Counted from the stretch's first letter, positions 30,368-41,028 are shown. The stretch is DNA of 64,000 bases from Thermodesulfobacteriota bacterium (GCA_965216785.1 OZ244197.1:64001-128000), one strand, 5' to 3'. Notes: a model not told the origin generated them from the sequence alone. Program-made: numbers and translations.

Positions 30368-30817
30368 TTGCCAAGAGGTGGACATAATAAAAAACCTGAA
30401 TCTTTGAAAATTATTCAGGGAACATTTAGAAAAGACAGAGCAAATCCAAATTCTCCAAAACTAAAGTCTATAGCTCCTAGTCCATCATATAGCCTTCCCA
30501 AACAGGCAAAAAATGAATATTTAAAACTCAGCAAGTTATTGCTCGACATGGGAGTACTCTCAGAACCAGATCAGGGTGAACTTGAGAACCTTTCGATAAT
30601 CAGAGCTCAGATAAAGTATCTTTCAAAGAGACTTTTCAACGTGACCGATATGAATGAATTCCGAAAAGTACAGATAGCAATTAATGATGCAATAAAGATA
30701 AGCAATGCATTGTCTATAAGATTTGGATTAAGTCCTGCAGATCGAAGTAGAGTGAATTTATCGCAGGAGAAGAAACATAACAAGTGGGAAGAATTTGAAA
30801 GGAGAAATAGCATATGA
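30368..30817 (+). CDS. terS: P27-family terminase small subunit
   Basis: MPRGG..KP..LKIIQGT.R.DR N-terminus; FGLSPADRSRV C-terminus. Confidence 0.8.
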   Translation: MPRGGHNKKPESLKIIQGTFRKDRANPNSPKLKSIAPSPSYSLPKQAKNEYLKLSKLLLDMGVLSEPDQGELENLSIIRAQIKYLSKRLFNVTDMNEFRKVQIAINDAIKISNALSIRFGLSPADRSRVNLSQEKKHNKWEEFERRNSI

Positions 30818-31218
30818 AAAAAACAAAAATACCAGACATAAAAATTATAAGTGGTGAATTTAACAATAACATTCCTGAGATGCCGAAAGATCTTTCACAT
30901 GAAGCTAAATATTGGTGGAAAAGACTTATTAAAAGTATTGATTCTAAAGTCTTAATGCCATGTGATGATCTAGCCTTAATTCTACTAGTTGATTCGTTGG
31001 CTGCTTATCATAAAACTAAAATGAATATTCGAAAATTCGGTGATTCATATGAAACTGTAGATGATGAGGGACACAAAAAGAGATATATGAGGCCAGAAGT
31101 AGAAATTTTATCTATATTCTATCGATCTGTTATTTTCGGGCTTCGAGAATTTCTAATCAGCCCGTATTCTAGAGAAGATTTTAGTGATTTTATAGATGAT
31201 AGTACTGATAATATATGA
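30814..31218 (+). CDS. terS: Second, diverged P27-family terminase small subunit
   Basis: P.DLS.EAK.WW.RL, D..AL, RPEV and EFLISPYSR motifs. Confidence 0.65.
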   Translation: MKKTKIPDIKIISGEFNNNIPEMPKDLSHEAKYWWKRLIKSIDSKVLMPCDDLALILLVDSLAAYHKTKMNIRKFGDSYETVDDEGHKKRYMRPEVEILSIFYRSVIFGLREFLISPYSREDFSDFIDDSTDNI

Positions 31219-31437
31219 AATACCACTTGAACAAATTAGATTTAATTTGTGTGTAAGAATTTGATTTAACTAGTTCAGGAATGTTCATTAGATTATACTG
31301 AGTTTTTGTTAAAATTGATTTTGTATCTTGATTGTAATTAAGGATACTTCATAAGTGTTATAATATATGAATGAAAAATACAATCCGACCAATCAATATA
31401 GAGAGTCAAAGATTATGACGTAATTTGGGTATTTGAT

Positions 31438-32115
31438 ATGATTGCAATATTGAAAAGAGCTTATTTTTCACCTTACCACTTATTTTCTGCTAACAATTTC
31501 CTAGATCGTGCATCATCAATTGAGTTTAAACATACCGGGAAAGATAGATTTGATTTCAATCATAACTCTTATGTAATTAGTTCCATTATATCATCTGTCG
31601 CATTTTTAGAAGCGGCTATTAATGAACTATTCCAAGATGTATATGATGATCATGAAAGTTACACAAGCCTCATCGATAATGATGTCAAAAAAACTATGAA
31701 AAAAGTGTGGCAGATGTTAGAAAGAAGACCCGTATTAGAAAAATACCAACTAGCACTAGAACTATCAAATGTAAAAGCTTTTTCAAAAGGTCGCAATCCT
31801 TATAGTAGTACAAATTTAGCAATTCTATTGCGCAACGAGTTAGTACATTACAAACCCAAAACTTTCGGAGCAGGTAAAGTACATAGCTTTGCTAATAAGC
31901 TCAAAGGGAAATTTGAATTAAACCCACTTATGTCAAACCCATCAAACCAATTTTTCCCTGATCAGTGCTTGAGCAAAGGATGTGCAGAATGGGTATTAAT
32001 ATCTTGCCTCTCTCTGACCGAAGAATTTTTTTCTAGGATGCAAGTAACTCCGACTTATCAAAGACTGGATGAAATCGATATTCAGACTCTTAAGGAAAAA
32101 CTACTAATTGGGTAA
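31438..32115 (+). CDS. HEPN-like protein
   Basis: SVAFLEAAINE and LRNELVH (R-x4-H). Confidence 0.6.
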   Translation: MIAILKRAYFSPYHLFSANNFLDRASSIEFKHTGKDRFDFNHNSYVISSIISSVAFLEAAINELFQDVYDDHESYTSLIDNDVKKTMKKVWQMLERRPVLEKYQLALELSNVKAFSKGRNPYSSTNLAILLRNELVHYKPKTFGAGKVHSFANKLKGKFELNPLMSNPSNQFFPDQCLSKGCAEWVLISCLSLTEEFFSRMQVTPTYQRLDEIDIQTLKEKLLIG

Positions 32116-32182
32116 AAATTATATGCGAAAAAATAATGCTAATTCTATAAAACTTCATGAGTCAATTAAATAGAGGGGAAAT

Positions 32183-33370
32183 ATGTCTGTATTCAAGAAA
32201 AATAACCGTTGGTATATAGATTATTACCTTCCTGATGGAAAAAGAAAAAGAGAAGTAGTAACTATCGATGGAGTAGACCCATCTAAAATATCCCGAGAAG
32301 ATGCAAAAAAAGCATTAACAATCCGCAAGGCTGAGTTAGCAGAAGGCAAGTTTAAAATTGCTCAGACTAGAAAACCAATACCCTTCAAAAAACTGGCAAT
32401 GAGGTACTTGGATTATTCAAAAACTAATAAGAGAGCTTGGGTAAGAGATGAGCAGTCTCTTAATCATCTCGAGGCTTTCTTTGAAAATAAAAAACTTCAC
32501 CAGATCACACCTTGGCTAATAGAAAAATATAAATCAGAAAGGAAAAGAATAGTAAAGCCGGCAACTGTGAACAGAGAACTGGATACTCTAAGACATATGC
32601 TGAATATAGCGGTCGTTTGGAAGATGATAGATGAGACCCCTTACAAAGGTATCAAACATTTTAGAGTAAATAATTCAAATCTAAGAATCTTGAGCGAATC
32701 GGAATTTAATAACCTCTATGAATCTGGTTCTTTAGAATTAAAACCAATCATTCTAACTGCATACCTGACAGGTATGAGACTAGGAGAAATTCTGAAACTA
32801 AGATGGGAAGATATAGATTTTAAGGATGATTATATCGTAGTCAGAGATAGTAAGAATTATGAAAGTAGAGCGATTTCCATCCACCATACCCTAAAGAAAG
32901 CTTTGTCACAACTTAAAAGCAATACTCAATCTGAATATGTTTTTGAGGGAAGAAAAACTGTTAAAAGAGCTTGGCAAAAAGCGTTGAAGCAATCAGGTAT
33001 TACACATTGCAGATTTCACGACTTAAGACATACATTTGCCAGCAACCTAGTTATGAAGGGAGTCGACATTGTAACTGTCGCTGAGCTTTTGGGGCATAAA
33101 GATTTATCAATGACAAAACGTTATTCTCATCCTAGTCCGGAACATAAGAAGAAGGCTATTAATAGGCTAAATCTCGATAGTATGGACACCTATTTAGACA
33201 CCAAAACGTCTCAGAGGAATGAACAAAAGAGGGAAGAAGCGGGACAAGATACTGTAATTAATAGAGAAAAAGTGGTCGGGGTGGCCGGACTTGAACCGGC
33301 GGCCTCTGCGTCCCGAACGCTATTCAAGACTTTTGTGTTAGTCTGTGTGCAAACGTGTGAAGTTGCATAA
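32183..33370 (+). CDS. int: Tyrosine integrase of element A (reads through the att site)
   Basis: GMRLGE, HDLRH, LGH and RYSH catalytic residues. Confidence 0.95.
   Translation: MSVFKKNNRWYIDYYLPDGKRKREVVTIDGVDPSKISREDAKKALTIRKAELAEGKFKIAQTRKPIPFKKLAMRYLDYSKTNKRAWVRDEQSLNHLEAFFENKKLHQITPWLIEKYKSERKRIVKPATVNRELDTLRHMLNIAVVWKMIDETPYKGIKHFRVNNSNLRILSESEFNNLYESGSLELKPIILTAYLTGMRLGEILKLRWEDIDFKDDYIVVRDSKNYESRAISIHHTLKKALSQLKSNTQSEYVFEGRKTVKRAWQKALKQSGITHCRFHDLRHTFASNLVMKGVDIVTVAELLGHKDLSMTKRYSHPSPEHKKKAINRLNLDSMDTYLDTKTSQRNEQKREEAGQDTVINREKVVGVAGLEPAASASRTLFKTFVLVCVQTCEVA
33273..33320 (-). repeat. 3' half of tRNA-Pro (A/B junction att site)
   Basis: 48 bp identical to 13160-13207 and 45803-45850. 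Confidence 0.95.
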
Positions 33371-33643
33371 TTGCCTTTATTTATTGAGTAATTCCATAGA
33401 CTAGAGTATATACCTTTTGTGCGTAGTTGAACTTGATTGTGTGAAAGGGGAACTGGGTTACTGACATTTTCACTGACATGTGGGGGGGGGCAGTACACAC
33501 CCTACCCCAGGCGAGCCAAGCTCTACCCGAACGCATATGGGTGGTAAGACTCTCGCCTCGGAACAAATAATCTATGGGTTGTCTATAACAAACTTTAATT
33601 ATAGTCACATATATAAAATCCTATTTTTCTGAGGCAGGTCAAG

Positions 33644-34462
33644 TTACTTGCAGTACTGTTTTACAGCATCAGTAGCTTGTGGGAATCCCAATTTGCTTGC
33701 TTCGGCAATATCTAAACACCCAGACTTACGTTGACCGAGAGTCATTTTCACAACTCCCCTGTTATATAGTGCTGCAACATTTTTTGGATTAAGTTCTAGA
33801 GCTTTATCAAAATCATCTATTGCTCCTCGATTGTCTTGTAGCATACTCTTAGTTGTTCCTCGGTTGTAAAATGATTGTTCATCTTTTGGATTCAATTCTA
33901 TCGCTTTGCTGTAGTCATCCAGCGAACCTCTTATATCACCTAAGGAAGACTTGGCATTACCCCTATTTAGATAAAAATTAGAATTACTTGGATTTAATTC
34001 AATTGCTTTATTGTAATCTTTTATTGAACTATGCTTATCTTCCAAATAAGAATAAATAACTCCCCTGCTATTAAAAGCTTCGGCATCATCAGGGTTCACT
34101 TCTATCGCCTTGTTACAGTCTTCAATCGCTCCAAGATAATTGCCTAGCGCTGCTTTCGCTAAACCCCTTTGAGAGTAGGCTTCACTATAATTTGGATTTA
34201 ATTCTATCGCTTGCGTGTAATCCTTTATTGAATCCCTGTAATTTTCCAATGCAAGCTTAGTAGCTCCTCTAAGATAGTAAGCCTTTGTGTAATCTTGCTT
34301 AAGCTCTATTGCTTTATTGAAATCCTTTAATGCTCCATAATCATCTCCATTTTCGAATTTAATAAATCCTCTATCAAAATACTCTTCGGCTGTCTGGGCA
34401 AAGACTAATCCAGTTAGAAATATTAACAATATAAATACGATTAAGAATTTCATTATTATCAC
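33644..34462 (-). CDS. Secreted TPR protein
   Basis: Signal peptide, AQTAEEYF, 34-aa KAIELNP repeats, GCLD...YC cap. Confidence 0.9.
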   Translation of the reverse strand: MIIMKFLIVFILLIFLTGLVFAQTAEEYFDRGFIKFENGDDYGALKDFNKAIELKQDYTKAYYLRGATKLALENYRDSIKDYTQAIELNPNYSEAYSQRGLAKAALGNYLGAIEDCNKAIEVNPDDAEAFNSRGVIYSYLEDKHSSIKDYNKAIELNPSNSNFYLNRGNAKSSLGDIRGSLDDYSKAIELNPKDEQSFYNRGTTKSMLQDNRGAIDDFDKALELNPKNVAALYNRGVVKMTLGQRKSGCLDIAEASKLGFPQATDAVKQYCK

Positions 34463-34468
34463 ATCATG

Positions 34469-34876
34469 TTATTCCCAATCTCGTGGATTGAGAGATGACA
34501 AGCCTTCATAAATATCATTATGATGTAAAAAATACCAAGCTTCTTCTTTTGTTTGCATATTTTTTAACCACGATTCAATTTGAACATAAACTAGCCCTCT
34601 AACCATAGCCTTATCCATTATTTCTTTTAATGAGTCATAATCTTTTCTAGTAAAGTATTGATAATAATGATTCTTCATAATTACTCTAATAGAATTGCAA
34701 GTCGAAGTTTTCATGAATTGATGAATGTCTGTAATGTCTAGGTTTGGAAATTTATCTTCCAATAGGCTGGTTTGTATATGAATTAAAAAAACTTCATACG
34801 GACGCCCTACAGTATAGTGCTTATACATTAGGAACAAGAATATTAAAACTATAATAATTCCAATACTAGCTAGCAA
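34469..34876 (-). CDS. Membrane-anchored hypothetical protein
   Basis: N-terminal TM helix; AAGGAG RBS. Confidence 0.6.
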   Translation of the reverse strand: MLASIGIIIVLIFLFLMYKHYTVGRPYEVFLIHIQTSLLEDKFPNLDITDIHQFMKTSTCNSIRVIMKNHYYQYFTRKDYDSLKEIMDKAMVRGLVYVQIESWLKNMQTKEEAWYFLHHNDIYEGLSSLNPRDWE

Positions 34877-35064
34877 GAAGTTACATCTCCTTAAATGTCT
34901 GCTAAAGTCTGTTTCTATTTAGAATTAGATTAAAGCCAGAGCTATACAATTACAAGGTGGTTTTCGCTAATTGAGAAATTCCAAAAGGATAAGATATTAA
35001 GGTGAGCTCCGTAGTAGAATCATTTGATACTTAATAACCTAAAATACGGTAGGCCTAAAAGATG

Positions 35065-35478
35065 TTAAAGCTCAGCCTTACTATTAGATAAGGATTCATA
35101 ATCAATTGTGTGTATTTTAATGGCCTTGCGGTTTGCTCTTTCAAGCATATCGCAGACAATAGAGTTTTCACTAAGTATATGGGCAAAGACGACTACGAGG
35201 TCTACCTGGTGTTCTTGTAGCATAATTTGATTGCGGCGTTTATAACCGTAGTCACCCATAGACTTGTGGGTAGGATATATAACTTGGTCGATACCTATCT
35301 TAGCGCAGAGGGCTTGAGCCGCTGTCTCAGGACCTGGTTCGCCTCCATGAATGATAAGAAGCTCTTTCCCCTTTGAATGAGATTCTTTCCTTAACCTGAG
35401 GATTAAATCTTGTACTATTCTATCGTATGTCCAGTGAGGGGAACCGCAAATAACGACTCTCAATACCGTCTCCGTCAC
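35065..35478 (-). CDS. SLOG/YspA-like (DUF2493) protein
   Basis: RVVICGS, LIIHGG.PGPE and RRNQIML motifs. Confidence 0.75.
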   Translation of the reverse strand: MTETVLRVVICGSPHWTYDRIVQDLILRLRKESHSKGKELLIIHGGEPGPETAAQALCAKIGIDQVIYPTHKSMGDYGYKRRNQIMLQEHQVDLVVVFAHILSENSIVCDMLERANRKAIKIHTIDYESLSNSKAEL

Positions 35479-35716
35479 CCCTACAGAGACAGTCCCATGG
35501 TTGTTTGAAAAGTCTAATATCTAGCCTCCTTGAATACAAGGGGTTTCATTGAGATTCATATTTGGAATTTGTGTTTGAATTTGTATAGACTCATACTGCT
35601 TTGTTAAGCTGTTTTTAGGGAGATTAATTTTACCAGCTATTTAATGGGAAGTAGTATACTCAAATCTAGTTGTCATCTATGCTTCAAAAAAGTATAGTTA
35701 ATTTAGGTAATGTTGG

Positions 35717-36184
35717 ATGATAATCAAATATATTCTTATAGCACTAGCTTTGCATATTAGTATTACGATTGCCTATCCCGGAGTTTATGCAAAGGATGCA
35801 AGTATAGATGATTGCAAAGAATTTGTTATCGTATATAACCGATATACCAAAAAGCAGGAAAAACTTTTGACTTTTGATTCTAGAGAAAATATTCCAAATA
35901 TTACTGTAGAAAGGGTCAAGAAAACTCATTATGCTGGAATTGTAATCGGAGACCCGGAAGGGAAAGAGCCGATAGGCATGGTACATGTTGCTGATTGCGA
36001 TTTGTCAAAAGCGATATTAGATAAATCGCCAAAAAAATCATTGATTAATACAAGGACCACTGACATTTTCTATTTACCTACAGAAATAAAAGGATGCTAT
36101 GCTTTTAATGATTTTACTGAAGAGGAACGCAAACTTGGATATTATCAATTGGACTTTGTGAGATGTGAGAGCCTTGAAAAGTAA
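35717..36184 (+). CDS. Secreted hypothetical protein
   Basis: Signal peptide; 4 Cys. Confidence 0.6.
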   Translation: MIIKYILIALALHISITIAYPGVYAKDASIDDCKEFVIVYNRYTKKQEKLLTFDSRENIPNITVERVKKTHYAGIVIGDPEGKEPIGMVHVADCDLSKAILDKSPKKSLINTRTTDIFYLPTEIKGCYAFNDFTEEERKLGYYQLDFVRCESLEK

Positions 36185-36368
36185 AACTTAACCAAAATTG
36201 AAGACGAAGTATTCATAATGGGGGGGTATAAGCAGAATATTTGGCTACCTTTATTTATTGGTTTTAATGTACACAATTCCAACTTAAATCCTGCTTGACA
36301 AATGGGGAGCAGTAAATTGCTTAATGTTAAGTTAAAGCAATTAATCTGATTCGGAGAGTAATCAGAAA

Positions 36369-37358
36369 TTGACCAAAGGAACTACAAAGGCAAAGAAACG
36401 AAAAGATTCTGCTAAGAAAAAAGAATCTACATCCAAAAGCAAGATTATTCCCAACATAAAACCATATTTGGTCCATCTTTTAGCTAGTGCATTCGAAAAC
36501 GAAACCCTTCAGTTTACAGCTTCAAAGTCAATTGAGTCCTTAGCTAATACAGGGGATATTAAACACTTAAGAACCTTATCCACTATTCCGAGTATTTACC
36601 TAGAAAAAATATTTTGGAAACAGCTCAATGAGTGGAATTATTATGCTTATGATGGTGATAAAAATGCTGAGCTACTATTAGAAACAGTATTTAAAGGCTC
36701 TAGAAATGCGATTATTACATATAAATCCAAGAGAACCGGGAGACCCCCTAAATCGTTGCCTCATGAGATTGCAATTGTAGATGAATATTTCAAGTTACAA
36801 GAAGGACTATTAAAGAACGCAGTTGAGGACGGCCAGAAGAAAGAGATAAGCAAATATTACTCTGACCTCGATAATGGCAAGGTATCCAAAAATGACAAAG
36901 TATTAGCAAAGCAAATCCAAGCAAATATCGAGAGAAGGAAGAGAAATCTAACAGCATTTTTAAGAAAAGAAAAACTAGAAATTTCTAATACTAAAGTCGA
37001 TAAGATGCTTCTTAATTCCAACTCAGAAATATCAATCGAGATACTAGCTTCAAGGCATGGAGTAGGTACTAGAAAGATAAAGGGACTTTTAGCAAAAGAA
37101 GACCCTGATTATAAGTATGTAGTAGATTTTTATTCGCCTGGGTCCACAACTAAAAGGATAGATTATATTAAGTATCGTGTAGAAAGAGTAAAAGCTCGGC
37201 AAGAATCAAATGATGATGATAGCTATTATAGGATTCTGTCCAAAAAACTAGGAGTACCAGTCAAAACGCTCAAAGAACAAAACCCCCATATTCATCCTAC
37301 TACGGTCAGAACTCCCCATATATCTAGAGTCTCATCAAAGTCTCCATCCAAAAAATAA
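36369..37358 (+). CDS. Basic hypothetical protein (first gene of the element core)
   Basis: Long ORF upstream of xis; GRPPK AT-hook-like motif. Confidence 0.6.
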   Translation: MTKGTTKAKKRKDSAKKKESTSKSKIIPNIKPYLVHLLASAFENETLQFTASKSIESLANTGDIKHLRTLSTIPSIYLEKIFWKQLNEWNYYAYDGDKNAELLLETVFKGSRNAIITYKSKRTGRPPKSLPHEIAIVDEYFKLQEGLLKNAVEDGQKKEISKYYSDLDNGKVSKNDKVLAKQIQANIERRKRNLTAFLRKEKLEISNTKVDKMLLNSNSEISIEILASRHGVGTRKIKGLLAKEDPDYKYVVDFYSPGSTTKRIDYIKYRVERVKARQESNDDDSYYRILSKKLGVPVKTLKEQNPHIHPTTVRTPHISRVSSKSPSKK

Positions 37359-37382
37359 TTCCCCCATTTCACATCACTACAT

Positions 37383-37426
37383 TTTTCGTGTGCGGAAACT
37401 AACCCTTCTATTTCCACACACGGGAA
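37383..37426 (+). other. Stem-loop between the core gene and xis
   Basis: TTTTCGTGTGCGGAAA / TTTCCACACACGGGAA, with G-U pairs on the plus strand. Confidence 0.45.
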
Positions 37427-37484
37427 TTTTACGCATCCATGTACCTTTATTTTCAAATTATCACAACTCTAAAGGAGTAGACAC

Positions 37485-37703
37485 ATGAATAGTTTGAAAC
37501 CAAGACTTATTGATAGGGAAGAGCTTCTGGAGTTATACCCAGCCCTTGCAAGTAAAGGTAAAAATAAATTTTATCGTCTTCAATGGCTAACCCGTTCTCG
37601 GCAAATTCCGGTAATAAGAATCGGGCGGAGGTTGTATTTTGATGTGACCGAAATTGAAGCCTGGCTTGATAGTAAGAGAGTTCATATCGGAGTAATAGAA
37701 TGA
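37485..37703 (+). CDS. AlpA/Xis-like HTH protein
   Basis: IPVIRIGRRLYFD..EIEAWL; AAGGAG RBS. Confidence 0.75.
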   Translation: MNSLKPRLIDREELLELYPALASKGKNKFYRLQWLTRSRQIPVIRIGRRLYFDVTEIEAWLDSKRVHIGVIE

Positions 37704-39241
37704 ACCGGTACGGTGAACATAAGAAGGCACCAAAGTTTCAAAAATCACTTTACACTGAAGAGGTGGAGCAGACTGAGATAATTATTCTTGCGGCTCTTAT
37801 TTTTGGGGATTTAGACTTTTCGGAGGTACAAGGTGTGTTAGTTAGTAGAGACTTTTATACTGAAGACCATCAATCTATTTTCAAGGTACTTGAAGAGCTT
37901 TACAGAAAAGGTGAGCCAACTGACATTCTGACTGTCACTAATGGGCTTCGTAATGCTAGAAGAAGTAACGGTCGGGAATGGACACAATACCTTTTGTCTC
38001 TCGATGCTAATGCTCTACCACTTAGCACTAATAATCTGGACTACCATATCCGGAATATTATAACCTTCTCTCGAAAACGAGAGCTTTGCAATGATGCACA
38101 TAATCTTGCTATGGCAGTTTCGAACGATAATCTCGATGATGTGAGAAGCCTTGTTGATGCTATTTCAAATTATCAATATGACGATACGTTTAATGATGTA
38201 CTTATACTCGCTGAACAAGCAATAACTCCTCGGACTTGGCTCTTAGAAGGTGCAATACCGGATGGTTATCCAACAATCATTTATGGGGCTGGTGGTTTGG
38301 GTAAGAGTTTTCTAGCATTACAGCTCGCCATACTCGCGTGCCAAGGAGGACAAAAATTCTTACATCTTAAATTCCCGGAAAAGCCTAAGAATGTCTTACT
38401 AGTAGATTATGAACTTGACGAAAGTGAGCAAGCACGACGTGCTAAGCAAATAGCCAGAGGCTTAAACCTCCCAGACGTACCAATAAATCTACATTACATA
38501 TCACCCGCTCAAGGGCTGGCTAGGTTACTTCCGAAACTCAAAGGATTAATACAATCAAAAGATATTAGGTTCGTTATCATAGACTCCATAGGAGCTTCAG
38601 GAACGGACGGGGAGAGCGTCCAGGATGTTGTGAGCCTACTGACGAAAATTAAAGAACTAGGAGCACCAACACTAGTACTGGACCACCAGAGCAAAATGCA
38701 GTCTGGTGACAAATATGGGAATAAGACCCCGTTCGGCACTGTTTATAAAGAAAACTTATCTCGCTCGGTATTCCAATTGTCCAAGGTTGAGGCAGTGGGT
38801 AATAGGGTAACTCTTAAGCTGAGACATAGAAAAGCAAATTTCAGCAGGCTTCTGGATGACTTGGTATTCGACATGTATTTTGAGGGGGATAGAGTCCTTT
38901 TCACGGAGTCAAATGTTAAATCTGATGAAACCAAGGAGGTTGACTTAGTTGATGCAGCTATCAGGGAGCTTGAAGGAGAGGGAAGAAAAGTCAATCAAGA
39001 TGCTATAAAGGAAAGACTCAAGGGAGTTCTGGCTAAGAATAAGGTTGTATCGATATTAGAAGAAAGGAAGGGAGAACTTTGGGACGAAAAACCGGGTAAC
39101 CGCAAGGAAAAATTATATAAATCTAAAAATCCAAAAAGCGGTTCCCTTAGTAATCAGACTTTTGGACTTTTGGAAAATGAGCGAGATTTTGAGATTCCTC
39201 CCGAGTTGATGGATGATAATGAAGAGCTTGGAGGTTGGTAG
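37700..39241 (+). CDS. DnaB N-terminal domain plus AAA_25/RepA-like helicase
   Basis: DFYTEDHQSIF; WLLEG.IP; GAGGLGKS; VIIDS; LDH. Confidence 0.8.
   Translation: MNRYGEHKKAPKFQKSLYTEEVEQTEIIILAALIFGDLDFSEVQGVLVSRDFYTEDHQSIFKVLEELYRKGEPTDILTVTNGLRNARRSNGREWTQYLLSLDANALPLSTNNLDYHIRNIITFSRKRELCNDAHNLAMAVSNDNLDDVRSLVDAISNYQYDDTFNDVLILAEQAITPRTWLLEGAIPDGYPTIIYGAGGLGKSFLALQLAILACQGGQKFLHLKFPEKPKNVLLVDYELDESEQARRAKQIARGLNLPDVPINLHYISPAQGLARLLPKLKGLIQSKDIRFVIIDSIGASGTDGESVQDVVSLLTKIKELGAPTLVLDHQSKMQSGDKYGNKTPFGTVYKENLSRSVFQLSKVEAVGNRVTLKLRHRKANFSRLLDDLVFDMYFEGDRVLFTESNVKSDETKEVDLVDAAIRELEGEGRKVNQDAIKERLKGVLAKNKVVSILEERKGELWDEKPGNRKEKLYKSKNPKSGSLSNQTFGLLENERDFEIPPELMDDNEELGGW
39119..39173. repeat. 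Inverted octamer repeats at the end of the helicase gene (ori-like)
   Basis: TCTAAAAATCCAAAAAG ... CTTTTGGACTTTTGGA. Confidence 0.4.
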
Positions 39242-39562
39242 ATGAGGTCAGTGCTAACGGAAAAAGACAGGCTTTTGAAACTGACATTAGACGGTATAAC
39301 CAAGAGGTATCCGTCTGGCCTATATGAATGGCTTTTCAAATATAAGATTGAAGTTCATGAGCGTATAATCGAGCTAGAGGACAGGATTGATGAGAATTTC
39401 AACGATAATGGAAGCATACAGGAGCTGAAAGCCCTTTTGAGAGGATACTGGGTAGAGCACATAAAAGCTGAACGGGATTTTGAGCTGAGTGGCAAGCCTG
39501 ATGCATCATTGGAGGAAATAAGGTCTGAAAGGATAGATACGCTAGAGCAAAGGCATGTTTAA
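39242..39562 (+). CDS. Hypothetical protein
   Basis: Coupled between the helicase and HTH genes. Confidence 0.6.
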   Translation: MRSVLTEKDRLLKLTLDGITKRYPSGLYEWLFKYKIEVHERIIELEDRIDENFNDNGSIQELKALLRGYWVEHIKAERDFELSGKPDASLEEIRSERIDTLEQRHV

Positions 39563-40008
39563 TGAAAAAAAATGAGCTTAGCTTGAAAGATTTTCCGCCG
39601 AAACTGCGAAGACTAGCCCGATTTATGCTCGAAAATGAAGAAAAAAAGACTGTTTCGCATGCTTGTCGAGAGCTTGGTTTCAACAAAAGAAGTATTTTCA
39701 CTATGATTCACCGGTCTAAAAGAAAAGGTCATGATTTCAATGAGTTGCTAGCGGATGTATCAGATTTTTATCTCAAAACAGAGTTGATTAATGTTGATAA
39801 AAAGACCATAGAATGGGCCTTAACAGGCTCGGCTCGGGATAGAGAATTATTTTACAAGCGTATAGGGGTGCTTAAAAACAGCCCCAAGATTGAGATTAAT
39901 AACAATCTAGGGCTTACTTTTGCTGTGAAAGTGGATAACGTGAGCGACTCTAATAAAAGGCCTAAAGGGCAAAATGAATTAAGACCTTATATTCCTAACA
40001 AAAGTTAA
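39562..40008 (+). CDS. HTH protein (phBC6A51-like, possible TerS)
   Basis: TVSHACRELGF..RSIF HTH; WALTGS.RD.ELFYK. Confidence 0.5.
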   Translation: MKKNELSLKDFPPKLRRLARFMLENEEKKTVSHACRELGFNKRSIFTMIHRSKRKGHDFNELLADVSDFYLKTELINVDKKTIEWALTGSARDRELFYKRIGVLKNSPKIEINNNLGLTFAVKVDNVSDSNKRPKGQNELRPYIPNKS

Positions 40009-40047
40009 AAATACTAATTTACTACTATCGCACTATGTCATGCTTAG

Positions 40048-40662
40048 TTAGAAACTATATTGTTTTGTAATACCGGTTTGTTTAAGTATTTCAGGACGTT
40101 CTGTTTCAATTTCAGTAACATTATCCTCTACTATATCTAATTTTAATTGGTCCCATTCAAAGTTATGTATTTTTACTTGGTCGAACTTAGAGTAAGCAAT
40201 CCAAAAAAAACAACTATCTTTGATATTTTGAGGGAAAAGGAGAGGGTACTTGATAACCTTGTTCTCAAAATTTCCTTGTTTAATTCGTTCTATTCCATTC
40301 CTCCATTCAGAAATGAACACCTCACCTATATCAAAAGATGGATGAATCACAAGATATGAAGGGTTAACAATATGCAGGTCCGTGTCTTTACTATATGCCA
40401 TAATTTCAGCGCGATTATCGACGATGTCAAGAAGGTCATTATTAATAATCTCAACGTAATTATCTCGAACAGCATCACGGTTCAATGATACAATTGAGAC
40501 TACAGCCCAAAATGGTTTATATTTCTTACCCAAATCTACACCAGATATTAGCTCACACCACTCTTCTACAGTATCCACCTCATGGTTCGAACAACTTAAG
40601 AACAGGGAAAATAATATTAATGCAAGGGCAGATTTTTTCATTATTGTTTTGACCTGTGTCAT
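40048..40662 (-). CDS. Lipoprotein
   Basis: FLSC lipobox. Confidence 0.65.
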   Translation of the reverse strand: MTQVKTIMKKSALALILFSLFLSCSNHEVDTVEEWCELISGVDLGKKYKPFWAVVSIVSLNRDAVRDNYVEIINNDLLDIVDNRAEIMAYSKDTDLHIVNPSYLVIHPSFDIGEVFISEWRNGIERIKQGNFENKVIKYPLLFPQNIKDSCFFWIAYSKFDQVKIHNFEWDQLKLDIVEDNVTEIETERPEILKQTGITKQYSF

Positions 40663-40735
40663 AATGCCATATCTTATTACATTTTTGTAAAAATATAAAG
40701 GCGGGGAGACAAGAAAAATATTCAGTTATTAGGAT

Positions 40736-40984
40736 GTGTATATTATAATAAATACCGTGACTACTTTAGCGCTTATATTAAAAATCATTGTTTATATATG
40801 GATTGTACTAATACTTATTAATATTGCCATCGTATTGGTAAGAATTGTGTTGGAACAAGGAATATTTCGGTTATGGGAAACTTTAAGCCCTTTTAATCTT
40901 AGCTACTATATTCCTATGTTCATAGCGCTAGCTCCTGGAATGATATTAATATATATTGCAAATAAATTACAAGAACGGGCATAA
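40736..40984 (+). CDS. Small membrane protein
   Basis: Two hydrophobic segments. Confidence 0.5.
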   Translation: MYIIINTVTTLALILKIIVYIWIVLILINIAIVLVRIVLEQGIFRLWETLSPFNLSYYIPMFIALAPGMILIYIANKLQERA

Positions 40985-41028
40985 AAATGAATTGAAGCAC
41001 AATTAAGAAATAAGTTGATAGAGAAACT

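Larger units (their letters stand above)
13160..33320. mobile_element. Element A: ~20 kb tRNA-Pro-integrated, phage-satellite-like island with sigma54 cargo
   Basis: 48-bp direct repeats; integrase at the right end; GACACC arm repeats at both ends; xis/rep/terS core; lower GC. Confidence 0.9.
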
